A stretch of DNA of 63,751 bases, filler included, from Octopus bimaculoides (GCF_001194135.2; 7 parts of 6 records of this genome joined end to end with filler, not necessarily neighbours in it), one strand, 5' to 3'; counted from the whole stretch's first letter, positions 37,500 to 51,805 are shown. Notes: generated from the letters alone by a model not told the origin. Program-made: numbers and translations.

Positions 37500-39093
37500 T
37501 ACAATCCAACCCGTCTGGAGCAAAGTATGGCTGAACACTGAATCTTTGGAAGAGTATGCAAAACCTTAATTCACACGCTATAAATGATCACGATATCTGG
37601 TACTATAGACGCAGAGGCAAGAATATTACTGAGGGGATATCATGTTCAAAAAGGAAAGACTTGAGAGTGTGAAAAATAGTTGCACCTTTTGAATCAAGCA
37701 GCAATTTGTCTGTAAACAGCATTTCCTCACAAGGTTGAAAGTCTTCCTTGAAATACCGAACATATACCATCATCAAACATTGATTGCCCACAACAGTTGA
37801 CTTATTCACTTGTATAGGAAATTCAGAACTCTGGAGAATATTAATGAGCTGATGTTTGACATCGTTGGCCATTTCATCGCTGCGTCGAGAAATTGTGTTA
37901 TTACTAAGTGGGATCTTCATAATGTTATCAGGTTTTTCGTGCATGACGATTGACAAAACCTCTTCGATAACTGAGCGAAGTAATGTTTCTCCAATTGTGT
38001 GAGACTTCCCAGACGTAGCAACAAGCCAAGCAATATTGTACGATGTAATCAACCCGTCATTCTCCTGTTTACTAGTTTCCTGGAGTTGAATGTTTGTATT
38101 TGCTTTTTGAAAGAGGAGCTCAGTTGCAAAAAGTATAACGGCTTGTCCTTCTTATCAGAATGCTTTGCATCAAAGTGATATTCCAAGCGTGAAGGTTTCA
38201 TTGCTTCGTTGGTCAATGTTTGATAGTTCTGAGGAGAGGGAATAAATCCAAACGATAAATAATCACTACTGTACTGTTGACAAATTTTCTTGACTGGAGG
38301 TATCAGTAAAGTGAAAATGTGAAAATGAATTTCTACAGACGGCATCAGAAAGGCAGTATGATATTCCCAAAGAGAAGAAGTCAATAGAGCAGAGTCAGAT
38401 GACACGTCTTTACTGGAACAAATACGGATCTAGTTCGTCTGGCTGCTAGTATTTCAAAAATTAAAGTTTATCGAAAATTTTAGAATTTGGCTAAATTGCT
38501 GGAATTATTCAACTTTTTCCAGAAAAAATGTTTTAAAAATGTTATAGAAGTTTAAAGTTTGATCATTTTCACCCAGTCAAGAAACACGATATCAAAGCTG
38601 TCATTTTGTGCGTGACTGTACATTTTGTCAGTATCTTGAAAATAACACTTGTGTTTTGATATGAAACCACAGAATTACGCACGACATATAAATCTCTCAT
38701 GTTTTTATTTTTTGGAGTTTTCAGAAAATTTTTGCGAAATTTGTATTCTATACGCGGGGCTTCATACGATTATGCAAAGGAAAAAAAAATTGTTGTGGAG
38801 TGTAATTTAAGGCCATCTCAATGACTGCGACAAAAATATTCGATCGATAAACAACTCCGCTTTTTTAATACAATGCGAGTAGTCAAATCGATAAAAGTGC
38901 ATCCTTATTCAAGGCATGCCTAGATATCAGTAAATGAAGACTTAATTTCTGAAAATTCATTGTCACCCATAAAATGTTCACATCGCCCACTAAAATCTCA
39001 AATCACCCATCATTTTCTAGAAATTCGCCCATTGCTCACCTGTAAGTTGAAGTCGCCCACCGGTGGGCGATATCGCCCACTTTGGGAAGCTAT
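37500..39093 (-). mobile_element. hAT-Charlie/Buster (ZBED5/FAM200-like) transposon, 5' half
   Basis: QQYSSDYLSFGF..EAMKPSRLEYH..KH and SYNIAWLVA..KSHTIGETL..IPLSNNTISRR..QCLMMVYVRY. Terminus ca(t)agcttcccaaagtgggcg at 39093 with GC-rich subterminal palindromes. Confidence 0.9.
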
Positions 39094-39434
39094 GGTCTAG
39101 AGTAAGAACTAAATACTATAATAGCTTCCTTAAGACGCTCACAGCTTACCGAAAAAGTCTTGGAGAGCTTTTGGAGATATAGAAACCTAGATCATAGTAA
39201 GAAACACAAATAGGGACGGCTACCAAAATCAAACACAGAGCAAGGGCTGCGGAAATGAAATAAATTAAAAATCACACTAATGAGGATGCATCCACATGGC
39301 CACAACCTCTGATTAGAACCTCTGGTAAGAGCAAAAATAGAAGTAGAATGTAAAATAATTTTATTGTAAATTTTAATCTTTTAGGAAAAGAAAAACTAAA
39401 CAAAAGCAAAAAAAACAAGCAAGCAAGCATAGCG

Positions 39435-39830
39435 TAGGCGTGGCTGTGTAGTGAAACGTTTGCTTCCCAACTATATGGTTTCGGGTTCAGTCCCATTGCG
39501 TGGCATCTTAGTCAAGTGTCTTGCAGAGACCAGAAACTTGTAAGTGGATTTGGTAGATGGAAACTGAAAGAAGCCCGTCGTATATAAGTACACACACACA
39601 CACACGCACATACACACATATCTATGTGTGTGTATGTTTTAGTGTTCCTCCACCATCATCGCTTGACAACCCGTGTTGGTGTGTTTACGTCCACGTAACT
39701 TAGCGGTTCGGTAAAGGACCAATAGAATAAGTCCTAGGGTTGATTCATTCAACTAAAAACCGTTCAAGACAGTACTCCAGCATAACTGTAGTCACATGAC
39801 TGAAACAAGTAAAAAATAAAAGATAAAACA
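39435..39830 (+). mobile_element. SINE family A, full length
   Basis: Same head, microsatellite and tail organisation as 17003-17468. Confidence 0.85.
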
Positions 39831-40084
39831 TACTTCTATTTCATAATACTACTAATCATGTTTTTTTTTGTTTCAACCCCTACCCAAAAGCTCGTTTCTG
39901 ATTAAGGAAACCTATGATCACAGGCGCTCCAACCAATGACCATTCCTTCTTTTCTTTTTATACCATTTGTCGCTCGACCTACATTATTCGGCATGTTCCT
40001 CATTTTTATCTCACAGGTCAATTAGGTTTTATGTTTAGGGACAATTAGCTGCTATTTCTAAAGGGTCAAGCGTCCATGTACAAG

Positions 40085-40270
40085 ATAGATCGCTGACCAG
40101 TACCTTTATATTTTTTCTCCTTGTTTCGCTCCTTATTTCTTTCTGTGTTCCTTTCAGTTGAAGAGCGTAGGTTCGAAACGTCAAAGACTTTCTCTATTCC
40201 CGAGCCTTATACTAATACATCCATTTGTTGTTTACACCATCTGTCTTCGTCTGTTGTTTTTTTCGTAAAT
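40085..40270 (+). mobile_element. Solo Penelope terminal repeat with a hammerhead-like motif
   Basis: Homologous to 35270-35440 (gttgaagagcgt..gaaacgt.aaagactttctc...ctaatac..tttgttgtt..tgtcttcgtc). Confidence 0.7.
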
Positions 40271-40751
40271 TCTCCCATACAAGCTTATACATTGATAAAG
40301 GGTGAGATCATATTGTTCTTGTTATAGTTGTTTAGCACCTGGCAAAGCCTGATTAGACATAACTATGGGCATTCCAGCCAAGACCAAACCAATATGTTTT
40401 CTTAGCCAAAACATACCTCGGACTACATTCTCCAGTTTATCTTTCGTTTTTCTAAAACACTAGTTAAAGTCACTGACAGATATCCCAACGGATGTAAGGT
40501 ATATGAGGTCCTTTAGCTCTGTAGGTGTTATCCAAGAGAAGGTAACTCCATACAACTCCTACATCTTGATAATTACTGCACCGGACCAGTACAAGTTTGA
40601 TGGACAAGAGTGAGACTGGCCCTGCGTGAACCATGTCCCCTATAAGGACAAACTCCCAACTGTTTTGTAGAGTAATTTACGAAACGTTTTAAGAAAAGAA
40701 GCTACGAAAACACTGCAAGCGGGGCGGGGGCCCTAAGGTAAATATGTCCGG

Positions 40752-40935
40752 TTAATCCTTTAGCATTTAAAGCAGCCGTATCTACCCCAAATAGTCTACC
40801 TGTTTTATATTCAAACTGGCCAGATCTGGCCTCCCGGATCTACCCTTACTCTAAAAATATGCAATCACATCATCAAAGTCTAAAAGCTATGAGATAATAC
40901 ATGATTAATTCAAAACAATGTGAATAAATAAGCAT
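40752..40935. mobile_element. Possible truncated MITE starting at a TTAA site
   Basis: Begins ttaa-tcctttagcatttaaa, resembling piggyBac/Kolobok-type MITE ends. The other terminus was not found. Confidence 0.3.
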
Positions 40936-41762
40936 TGAATAATGTGAGTGCAAGAGGCTTAAACTTAACCACTACTTGGCATCGCCATGGCAGTTCTTTG
41001 GATGTTGCAAACGTTTTGGTTTCTCTTTCTTTCGAGGCGAATTCATGTGTGGAGAGGTGGTAAATGAACCTGGGACTAGGCATTTGCTGCATGAAACAAC
41101 CCAGGGACAGCAGAGGTGGTGACCAACGACGTATAAGACTAACCAAGATGTGACGGAGGGGAAGTGGCTGCTATTTCCAGCGAGAACGAGGAACCACAAA
41201 ACAGGTTCTCTCAATCGTTGACCGGCCCTTCCATAGTATTTCCACATCACCATTCTATAGGTTCCCAATCACTCCAACCCACCTCTACAATCGCTACATA
41301 ACTACTAAAATACTTAAACAGATAGCACACTGTTAAAGATAGTTAATAAATCAACAGCTACTCGTTAACACTCACCTCATAATAACCTCCTTCTCCTGTC
41401 CTCTTTTTCCTCTTCCCCATCTCCTCCCCCTTCCCCTCCACTCTCCTCCGACTCCGCCTCCTTCTGCCATCCCATTCCTTCTCTCACCCACCTCACTTCG
41501 TACCGGGTTCTTGTAAACTATACTGAATGAACCATTGATAAATATCGCGTATATTCGGAGCGTTGTGCGTGTGCTTGTATCTTTTTGTTTGTATGTATGT
41601 GTGTGTGTCTATCTGTCTCCTTGTCTGAAGCGTGCGCGTGTACGTGAATGGTGCGCACACAAACAAGCCATATATATTTATACATGTACATATGAAAGAC
41701 AGCTGAAAATTATGTATGCGTGTATTTTTATAAATACATACATACATACATACATATATATA

Positions 41763-41800
<38 letters not shown>

Positions 41801-41889
41801 TGTATGGGTGTGTATGCTTGTATGAAAGTGTGTGGATAAATATACATATACGTGTGAATGTATATGTATATATATATGTATGTGCATAT

Positions 41890-42095
41890 ATTTTTATTTT
41901 TACTTGTTTCAGTCATTTGACAGCGGCCATGCTGGAGCACCGCCTTTAGACGAACAAATCTACCCCAGGACTTATTCTTTGTAAGCCTAGTACTTATTCT
42001 ATCAGTCACTTTTGCCGAACCGCTAGTTTAGAGGGGACGTAAAAAACACACCAACATCGGTTGTCAAGCGATGGTAGGGGACAAGCACAGGCACA
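41890..42095 (-). mobile_element. SINE family A, 3' half in antisense
   Basis: tttacttgtttcagtcatttgacagcggccatgctggagcaccgcc...gacaagcacag. Confidence 0.85.
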
Positions 42096-42197
42096 GAAAT
42101 ACATATACACACATACACACACAAACACATGCACACACATACTAGACATACCTATATGAACATTTATACATATAGATACACACAGATATATGATGCA

Positions 42198-42281
<84 letters not shown>

Positions 42282-42790
42282 TATATACTTACACACATAT
42301 GTACAAAGATGCATATATATATATATGTGCAAACTCATATTAATATCCCATTCTTTATTGATATATATTCATGCCCTGTCATGTGTTTTCTTTCAACATC
42401 TATTTAGATAAAACAGAGTATATAGGAATGTTTAGGCTGTCTATGTGCTATCTATCTTTTATCATATCATATATAGCACACATATATATCACACGCACAC
42501 ACATACGATATATATGTATATATGTGTATATATATATGCATGTGTATATATGAATATATTATAGTAACATATTGTATGTATAATCGTACTCTCAGACACA
42601 AATTTATGTGCATACCATACATATATAATGTATGTTTGTGTGTGTGTGTATGTATATATACATATGTTTATATGTATATTTGTATGTATATATATATGTA
42701 TCTATATATACATATATATATGCCTGTATGTGTATACATATATATATATATATGTATATATATACATATATATGCGTGTGTGTGTATATA

Positions 42791-42826
<36 letters not shown>

Positions 42827-42828
42827 TG

Positions 42829-42881
<53 letters not shown>

Positions 42882-43826
42882 NNNNNNNNNNNNNNNNNNN
42901 NNNNNNNNNNNNNNNNNNNNNNNNNNNNNNNNNNNNNNNNNNNNNNNNNNNNNNNNNNNNNNNNNNNNNNNNNNNNNNNNNNNNNNNNNNNNNNNNNNNN
43001 NNNNNNNNNNNNNNNNNNNNNNNNNNNNNNNNNNNNNNNNNNNNNNNNNNNNNNNNNNNNNNNNNNNNNNNNNNNNNNNNNNNNNNNNNNNNNNNNNNNN
43101 NNNNNNNNNNNNNNNNNNNNNNNNNNNNNNNNNNNNNNNNNNNNNNNNNNNNNNNNNNNNNNNNNNNNNNNNNNNNNNNNNNNNNNNNNNNNNNNNNNNN
43201 NNNNNNNNNNNNNNNNNNNNNNNNNNNNNNNNNNNNNNNNNNNNNNNNNNNNNNNNNNNNNNNNNNNNNNNNNNNNNNNNNNNNNNNNNNNNNNNNNNNN
43301 NNNNNNNNNNNNNNNNNNNNNNNNNNNNNNNNNNNNNNNNNNNNNNNNNNNNNNNNNNNNNNNNNNNNNNNNNNNNNNNNNNNNNNNNNNNNNNNNNNNN
43401 NNNNNNNNNNNNNNNNNNNNNNNNNNNNNNNNNNNNNNNNNNNNNNNNNNNNNNNNNNNNNNNNNNNNNNNNNNNNNNNNNNNNNNNNNNNNNNNNNNNN
43501 NNNNNNNNNNNNNNNNNNNNNNNNNNNNNNNNNNNNNNNNNNNNNNNNNNNNNNNNNNNNNNNNNNNNNNNNNNNNNNNNNNNNNNNNNNNNNNNNNNNN
43601 NNNNNNNNNNNNNNNNNNNNNNNNNNNNNNNNNNNNNNNNNNNNNNNNNNNNNNNNNNNNNNNNNNNNNNNNNNNNNNNNNNNNNNNNNNNNNNNNNNNN
43701 NNNNNNNNNNNNNNNNNNNNNNNNNNNNNNNNNNNNNNNNNNNNNNNNNNNNNNNNNNNNNNNNNNNNNNNNNNNNNNNNNNNNNNNNNNNNNNNNNNNN
43801 NNNNNNNNNNNNNNNNNNNNNNNNNN

Positions 43827-43892
<66 letters not shown>

Positions 43893-44247
43893 TGTCTGTG
43901 TAAGCACGACTAGACAGTCAATATATACCACAGTGTTTAGCGAGTGAAGATCAAAGCAGACCATTTCTAGAAAGGAGAGAATAGAAGACCGGATCACTCC
44001 ATCGCTGCCACCACTATCTCTCTTGACTGGGGAACACACACGTTGTTATGAAATGCAATGTCAAAGGGTGTGGACTTAATTCAGATGCGTTAACTGTGGC
44101 CTATATAATATACAGACATTATACGTAAATATGTATGTGAGTGTGTGTGTTTGTGTGTATGTGTGTGTGCTTAGCATATATGAATGTATACGTGTATGTA
44201 TATATATATATACATATATATATATATACATGCATATATATATATAC

Positions 44248-44311
<64 letters not shown>

Positions 44312-45356
44312 NNNNNNNNNNNNNNNNNNNNNNNNNNNNNNNNNNNNNNNNNNNNNNNNNNNNNNNNNNNNNNNNNNNNNNNNNNNNNNNNNNNNNNNNN
44401 NNNNNNNNNNNNNNNNNNNNNNNNNNNNNNNNNNNNNNNNNNNNNNNNNNNNNNNNNNNNNNNNNNNNNNNNNNNNNNNNNNNNNNNNNNNNNNNNNNNN
44501 NNNNNNNNNNNNNNNNNNNNNNNNNNNNNNNNNNNNNNNNNNNNNNNNNNNNNNNNNNNNNNNNNNNNNNNNNNNNNNNNNNNNNNNNNNNNNNNNNNNN
44601 NNNNNNNNNNNNNNNNNNNNNNNNNNNNNNNNNNNNNNNNNNNNNNNNNNNNNNNNNNNNNNNNNNNNNNNNNNNNNNNNNNNNNNNNNNNNNNNNNNNN
44701 NNNNNNNNNNNNNNNNNNNNNNNNNNNNNNNNNNNNNNNNNNNNNNNNNNNNNNNNNNNNNNNNNNNNNNNNNNNNNNNNNNNNNNNNNNNNNNNNNNNN
44801 NNNNNNNNNNNNNNNNNNNNNNNNNNNNNNNNNNNNNNNNNNNNNNNNNNNNNNNNNNNNNNNNNNNNNNNNNNNNNNNNNNNNNNNNNNNNNNNNNNNN
44901 NNNNNNNNNNNNNNNNNNNNNNNNNNNNNNNNNNNNNNNNNNNNNNNNNNNNNNNNNNNNNNNNNNNNNNNNNNNNNNNNNNNNNNNNNNNNNNNNNNNN
45001 NNNNNNNNNNNNNNNNNNNNNNNNNNNNNNNNNNNNNNNNNNNNNNNNNNNNNNNNNNNNNNNNNNNNNNNNNNNATATATATGTATATATATGTATGTG
45101 CGTATACAGATTCATATACACCTATCTACTCATAGATACACATGTATATACATATATATTACATTGATATGTATACATACATATATATATATGTATATAC
45201 ATACATACATGTACATACATGTATACATTTATATATGCATATATATTTATACATATGTATATATATATATATACACATAAACTTTTATATATGTATATAT
45301 GTATATGTATATATATGTATATGTATCTATATATACAATGTATGCATATCTGTTTG

Positions 45357-45388
<32 letters not shown>

Positions 45389-45769
45389 TGTATGTATGTA
45401 TGTATGTATGTATGTATGTGCGCGTGTGTAATTATGTCATTGTTCAGTTTTATTTCAAGATTTATGTATGTATGCATGCTCACAAGCATGTACGCATATA
45501 TGTATGCATGTTTGTATGTCTGTCTATCTGTATGTATAAGTATAGATGTTGGCACACTCATTCACATATACAATGTGTATTGCACACCGGTTTTTGGATA
45601 ATTTCTAATATAGTGCAATCCTTTTTATTTATCTTGGAATAATTTTGTTTATTAATAAAGCGTATACTGTATATCTCGTATACAGCGTGCGTGCGTGCGT
45701 GCGTGCGCGTGTGTGTAGGTGTGTGGGTTGTGGTGGTGGTGGTACAGAATCGTTTAAGTATGGTCAAAA

Positions 45770-45915
45770 TGTGTTATGGTATTTTGTTCCAACTTTTTAC
45801 GTTCGACTTTGCCTTTCACCTTTCAGATATCGGTAAAATAAAATACGTCTAGAGTACTGGGGTCGATTTACGTGGTAACTCCTCCTCAAAATTTCCGGCC
45901 TTGTGTCTGTATTAG
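45770..45915 (+). mobile_element. SINE family B, partial
   Basis: cgactttgcctttcacctttcagatatcggtaaaataaaatac...actggggtcgattt...aaaatttccggccttgtgtc. Confidence 0.7.
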
Positions 45916-45931
45916 GTTATATATACATTCA

Positions 45932-47190
45932 TATACTGATGCCCACAGTTACTGGCACTCCTTGTCAAAAATGGGTTTTTATTGAATTAGATGTCAACGA
46001 AAACGCTCTTAAGTCACGATAATGTAAACAAGTGAGGCATAAATTTTGCCAAAGGGGGACATCTGGTGATGTTTAATATGGTAATCTCAGCCGATAAAGA
46101 TTTCAAGCACAGTTCAAAATTATTGGCACCTACATGACAACTTGATTATTGCGTTGCAATAAACACTGATTTGGCCTAGAATATGAGAAGTTACGTCATC
46201 CTGAGAAAGTTTTAAGATACAGAAACTTCTAGAATAACGTGTGTCAAGGCTACGTGACATTATACTTACGCAATCATTTTGCAACCTTCTTTTGGGCAAC
46301 AGACTATTCTATCATCGATGTCATGATAAAGGTGCTCCTGCACCTTTATCAAATTGTTGATGCTTATGCTGCTGGAGATAGGTGTAAAGCAATATCTAAG
46401 AATTTCAGTATGGCTCTATCAACTGTTTGCAGCATAATCATGACGCACCGAATACCGGTTTGATAATGAATAAGAGTAGATGCGGCAGAAAGTTCTTTTC
46501 AGGAGAAGATGAGCAGAAGTTAATTAAAATGGTCAACAATGATCCTAAAATAACAACTGCAGTGATGAAAACCAATTTGACAGCTATCAGAGTCCATGTT
46601 TCAAGATTAACAATACTCGAACTCTCAATAGAGAGTCTTTTTTTTTTTGCTAAAGGCATTGGAAAATTAATTTGAATTGAAGGAACTATGAAAAAAGAGA
46701 ATTATTTCTATGTTTTGTATGGAAACCTGAAGTCATCGGCGAAAGAATCGGGGTTAGGACACAGTTGGACCTTCATACAGGAGATTGATTTCAAGTTTAC
46801 CTCACTTTTAATCGAAAATTGTTTGAAAGAAAACAAGGTAGATGTACTTCCAAGGTCGGCTCAAAGTCCTGACTAAAAGTCGATAGAAGCTTCATGGTGT
46901 GAGCTAAAGAAAAGAGTGAAAGTAAGAACGCCGTCTAATTTGATGCAGTTGGAAGAATATGCGATTGAAGAACAGGCTTCAATTCCTTCTGATCTGTCCC
47001 TGAAGTTTACTGGAAACTACCCGAGTGGAATGAAGAAAGTTATTAAGTATAAAGGATACGCTATTGATCGAAAGTCATCATCAAAAGTTGTAGAGGTACC
47101 AATAATTTTGAGCCACCCAATTATTTTGTTTTTCTGTTTTGGTCGTTAAAAGTAAATCGATTTGGAAATTTAACTTTTGTTGGTGTTCCT
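45932..47190 (+). mobile_element. Tc1-like (DD34E, IR/DR-type) element, internally deleted and decayed
   Basis: Outer DR tactgatgcccacagttactggcac and inner DR cacagttcaaaattattggcac, with inverted gtaccaataattttgagccac at about 47095. Peptides LKSSAKESGLGHSWTFIQEID.K.T..ENKVDVL...QSPD*KSIE..W.ELK. Confidence 0.85.
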
Positions 47191-48006
47191 TAAACAATTA
47201 TGGCTACACATCCTCAAAGTGATGCAATATCAGCCGCAAGTGAAATGGGCCTAAACTCACCAACCTCGATACTTTCTTGACAATTCTCTTGAAAACATGC
47301 AAACAGGTTTCAGCAAAACCATTCAAAGTCCCCAGAGCTTCTTTTCCTGTCCTACATAAAATACTCCGCCTCACCAAACCATTCGTTGTAAAGTAGTGAC
47401 GCATTGAGCCAATGAGTAAATTCATTAGCGGTACATTCAGCCTTATACTTTTTACCCACCCAATGAAAAGTATATACATAATTAAATTTTTTTTTTATTC
47501 ACATGGTCAAACAACTGATTTCATTAACAAAGGAAAAACAAATCAAATACATGTTCTATCCGGAAGGGTTTAGAAATGTTGAAAGGGAGCCACGAAGAAA
47601 GTAATAACAGAACGGTATGTAGGAAAAATTCTAGCATCGTAAAAAGCAATCTAAAGATAATGGAGCGAGAATTGTATGTTAAGGAATGACAAAATCACAG
47701 AATATTGGAATATTTAAGAGGCATTGTTGATTATTTCTCTTTTAGAATGTTTCTTCCTCCTCCATTTTGAAATAGTTTTGTCTTTATCTTAAATAGTTTT
47801 GTATTTTATTTTTGTGATTTTATATTAAAAATATTTCGATTAGTTCTGCCCCACCCCATGTATGTATTCAAATGTGTTCAATAGATCTGATATTAACTTC
47901 TGCTTTTGGAATTTCTTTACTTTGTTAATTAAATGCAAATAGAGAACTTTTAGATATTTAAAGATATATTCGCTATGTGGATAAAGATTTGACAGAAAAT
48001 ATACCG

Positions 48007-48046
<40 letters not shown>

Positions 48047-48437
48047 AGTGATGTAAGTACCTCTCAACGAAATTACAGGTGATGTATTTACAGCAATGTA
48101 ATCAGTTATGACGAATTTGCAGTAACAAATTTATCGGTTAGCGCCCACCATATTCGCCGTGAAGCACGACGACTTCAAAAGAACCCGCAACAAAATAAGG
48201 GCATTATCTTCTGGACGAAGCCATCTTTAACGGGCCGTCGTGAATTATAACAAGGACACAAATGCAACTCTGCTATCATATTATAGTAAATGTATATAGC
48301 AACAATTTAAGCGCAAAAGGTATAAATTACTATTTTCCTTGGTTCCAGCACTGTATTTATTTCTCTTCATCTCCGATTTCTGGAGAAGTACATTCCAGAG
48401 CAGGGTTTGGCGACATCTACATTCGAGTTTGGTTTAA

Positions 48438-48745
48438 CAGTGGTTCCCAAACTTTTTCGAGCTGCCGCCCCCTTCACACCTAGGCCATATTCCTAGTGCC
48501 CCCACCCCAACTAACCATCACAATCATGGACTGCTTTCTGAAGTAAATTCAAAGCAACTGTATTCCACAAATAAAACTTAATCTAATGAACCCATTATTT
48601 TGTTGTTTTCACATGAATCGCCACCCCATTATCGCTCCAATTTTTGCATTATCACTACCTCATTATTACCCGACTTTTCTTCGACGCTCCCTGAGAACTT
48701 TCCACCGCTCCCAGGGGGAAATACCGCCCACTTTGGGAAGCACTG
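48438..48745. mobile_element. hAT-Charlie MITE (308 bp)
   Basis: TIRs cagtggttcccaaa / tttgggaagcactg. The flanks share gttta (partial TSD). The terminus is similar to that of the hAT at 39093. Confidence 0.85.
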
Positions 48746-48769
48746 GTTTAGGTAATTCTAAGTCTCTAT

Positions 48770-48960
48770 TCCTCTGTCCCTCTGTGACTCTGTCCCTATA
48801 TGCTTCTGTCCCTCTATGCTTCTGTCTCTCTCTGTCCTTCTGTCTCTCTATCCCTCTGTGCCTCTGTACCTCTGTTCTCTGTGGTTCTGTCTCTCTTTGC
48901 CTTTGTGCCTCTGTGCCTCTGTGCCTCTGTGCCTCTGTGCCTCTGTGCCTCAGTGTCTCC
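48770..48960. repeat. Degenerate (CTCTGTGC)n minisatellite
   Basis: An 8-bp unit that is near-perfect at 48905-48950. Confidence 0.85.
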
Positions 48961-49044
48961 CTCAACAAACAACACGGAAAGACAGAAATATTTCTTCACC
49001 AAAAAGGTCAGATTGGCATCAGTTATGTCAAATCATTCCCGTCA

Positions 49045-49084
<40 letters not shown>

Positions 49085-49196
49085 GGTTTCTCCCTATAGT
49101 TGTTTGAGTGTGGCTATGTGTATGCATATGTATGTCTGAAAGAGCCTGTGTGTGTGTGTTTGTGTGTGTGCATGTATGTATATATATTATGTATAT

Positions 49197-49232
<36 letters not shown>

Positions 49233-50560
49233 NNNNNNNNNNNNNNNNNNNNNNNNNNNNNNNNNNNNNNNNNNNNNNNNNNNNNNNNNNNNNNNNNNNN
49301 NNNNNNNNNNNNNNNNNNNNNNNNNNNNNNNNNNNNNNNNNNNNNNNNNNNNNNNNNNNNNNNNNNNNNNNNNNNNNNNNNNNNNNNNNNNNNNNNNNNN
49401 NNNNNNNNNNNNNNNNNNNNNNNNNNNNNNNNNNNNNNNNNNNNNNNNNNNNNNNNNNNNNNNNNNNNNNNNNNNNNNNNNNNNNNNNNNNNNNNNNNNN
49501 NNNNNNNNNNNNNNNNNNNNNNNNNNNNNNNNNNNNNNNNNNNNNNNNNNNNNNNNNNNNNNNNNNTATATGTTAGTCTATGTCACTGTGTATCTATATG
49601 TGTGTATGTTTATGTCTGTGTTTATGTATGTTGTTCGTCTATGTGTGTGTCTGTATGTGTGTATGCGTGTGTCTATATATGTGTGTGTATGTGTGTGTGT
49701 GTGTGTTAGTGTACGTGCCTATGTATCTATGTGCACATGTATATTTGTGTATGTCTACGTGTGTGTTTGTATGAGTATAGGCTTGTTTTTATGTTTGTGT
49801 GTGTGTATGTGTCTAAAACGGTAATAGAGGTAGATGGGTGATGGTGAGATGGAGAGATCGCGTGGCCGATCTGCGAACCATCAAAACCACCCCTCACCGA
49901 CTAACATAACTCAAGACCCAGCACTCAGGACAGACTGATACCCGTTCATGTTATATCGTTTTCTCTGCCTTTTATTAAAAAAACAAGAAACCCTCCCTTC
50001 CCCCTACAACACCTCCACTTCCCTCGCCGTTGCGACCGTACCCTTCCACCCCCATCATCAAACTTCAACACTCAAAATTCCAGCCTTAAATCCGAACCCC
50101 ACCAAATCCCTTAAACTTTAACCGCTACCTCTAACGCCCTATTCTCCCCATCGTTAGAAATAACCCCAACCCTTATCCCATTGCCCATCAGTCGACCCCT
50201 AATTCAAACTCTAGCCCTAACCCTAACAAGCTTCTCCTTACATATTGGAAGACTTTAGATAAAAGACGATAACACCTATCTTTGCTCCTGACGACCTTCT
50301 ACTAATGCAGTCACCTGACCTTCTTCTCTCAAATACTTCAGTTACCTGACCTCATTTCACCCCCACCACTACCCGGTCCGTGCTCCCATTGGTGGATCTG
50401 GTTTCCTTCATGGGACATCTTTGTCCCTTTATATAAATATTGTGTGGCAGGAGGTGGTGTATGTGAGTGCGTGACAAGAAGTGGATCGTTGTGACGTGTA
50501 TGTGATGAGAGAGGTAATAGCGTAAGAGTGTATGTGTATGTGTATAGATCTGTATATGAC

Positions 50561-50596
<36 letters not shown>

Positions 50597-50696
50597 NNNN
50601 NNNNNNNNNNNNNNNNNNNNNNNNNNNNNNNNNNNNNNNNTTAATTAATTAANNNNNNNNNNNNNNNNNNNNNNNNNNNNNNNNNNNNNNNNNNNN

Positions 50697-50736
<40 letters not shown>

Positions 50737-51095
50737 CACACACACATAAACCTGCCAAAGCAGACACAGGAGCCTGGGGTAGTCTTCTACCTGGCCAGCA
50801 CCTATCAACCATCCACCCTATCTATGCATGGAAGATGGATGTTAAACGACGGTGATGATGATAATATATATTATCTAATGTGCACAGTATTATATATCCA
50901 TTAACCGATCTTACTGATTTGTAAGATCAACCATAATCAGTATACAACATTGTACACATCAGATAATATACACCCACTCTATTGACATATATATGAGCGC
51001 ATGTTTTCCTGACTTATGGACTCTTAGACGACTTACACATGCGCACACATGCACACATTCACACACACTCATATATATGTATGTATATGTTTGTG

Positions 51096-51805
51096 CAGAA
51101 GTGGCTGTGTGGTCAGTAGCTTGCTTACCAACCACAGGATTCCGGGTTCAGTCCCACTCCACTGCATAGCACCTTGGGCATGTGTCACACATCATCATTA
51201 TCATCATCATCATCATCATTTAACATCTGTTTTCCATGCTGGCATGGGTTGGATGGCTTGACAGGAGCTGACCAGCTGAAGGGCTGTTCGGACTCCCTGT
51301 CTGTTTTGGCGTAGGTTTCTACAGCTGGATGCCCTTCCTAATGCCAACCACTTTACAAAATGCTTTACTGGGTGCTCTAACGCAGCACTGGCACAGGTGC
51401 TTTTTACGTGGCTCCAGTATGGCCGCTTTTTACGTGGCACCAGCCCCTACAAGCCTGCAAGACTAAGGATGCTCAGCTGGAGTGGGTTGCAGGGGACGAG
51501 CCTGTATGCAAGGGCAACCATGCTTTCACTTTGCTTGATGTGTCTTTTCATCCAGCCGGCGCCCGCCCGACGGCCAGTGCGCTCGGCAGACAGTGCTGCA
51601 CTGGTCGTGTGTGTGTGTTTGTCCCCCCTACCATCACTTGACAACCGATGTAGGTGTGTTTACGTCCCCATAATTTAGCAGTTCTGTAAAAGAGACCGAT
51701 AGAAGTACTAGGCTTACAAAAAATAAGTCCTGGGGTCGATTTGTTCATCTCAAGGCAGTGCTCCAGCATGGCCACAGTCAAATGACTAAAACAAGTAAAA
51801 GAATA
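51096..51805 (+). mobile_element. SINE family A interrupted by an antisense RTE 3' tail (about 51205-51440)
   Basis: Head at 51096-51185, then (CAT)n plus ttttccatgctggcatgggttgg...ggatgcccttcctaatgccaaccac, then the family A tail at 51600-51805. Confidence 0.75.

Noticed and set aside
42522-45642. Many long ORFs in the track (poly-YI, CV, HT, X)
   Set aside because: They are translations of (TA)n, (CA)n, (TATG)n and N gaps, with no coding signal.
47204-47479. 91-aa minus ORF, and a + strand peptide faintly like a BEL/Pao integrase (CKQVSAKPFKVP)
   Set aside because: The similarity is limited to a few residues and no other LTR-element motifs are nearby.
50060-50230. Telomere-like CCCTAA repeats
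   Set aside because: Only two perfect units lie in a C-rich low-complexity tract, which is not enough for an interstitial telomere call.
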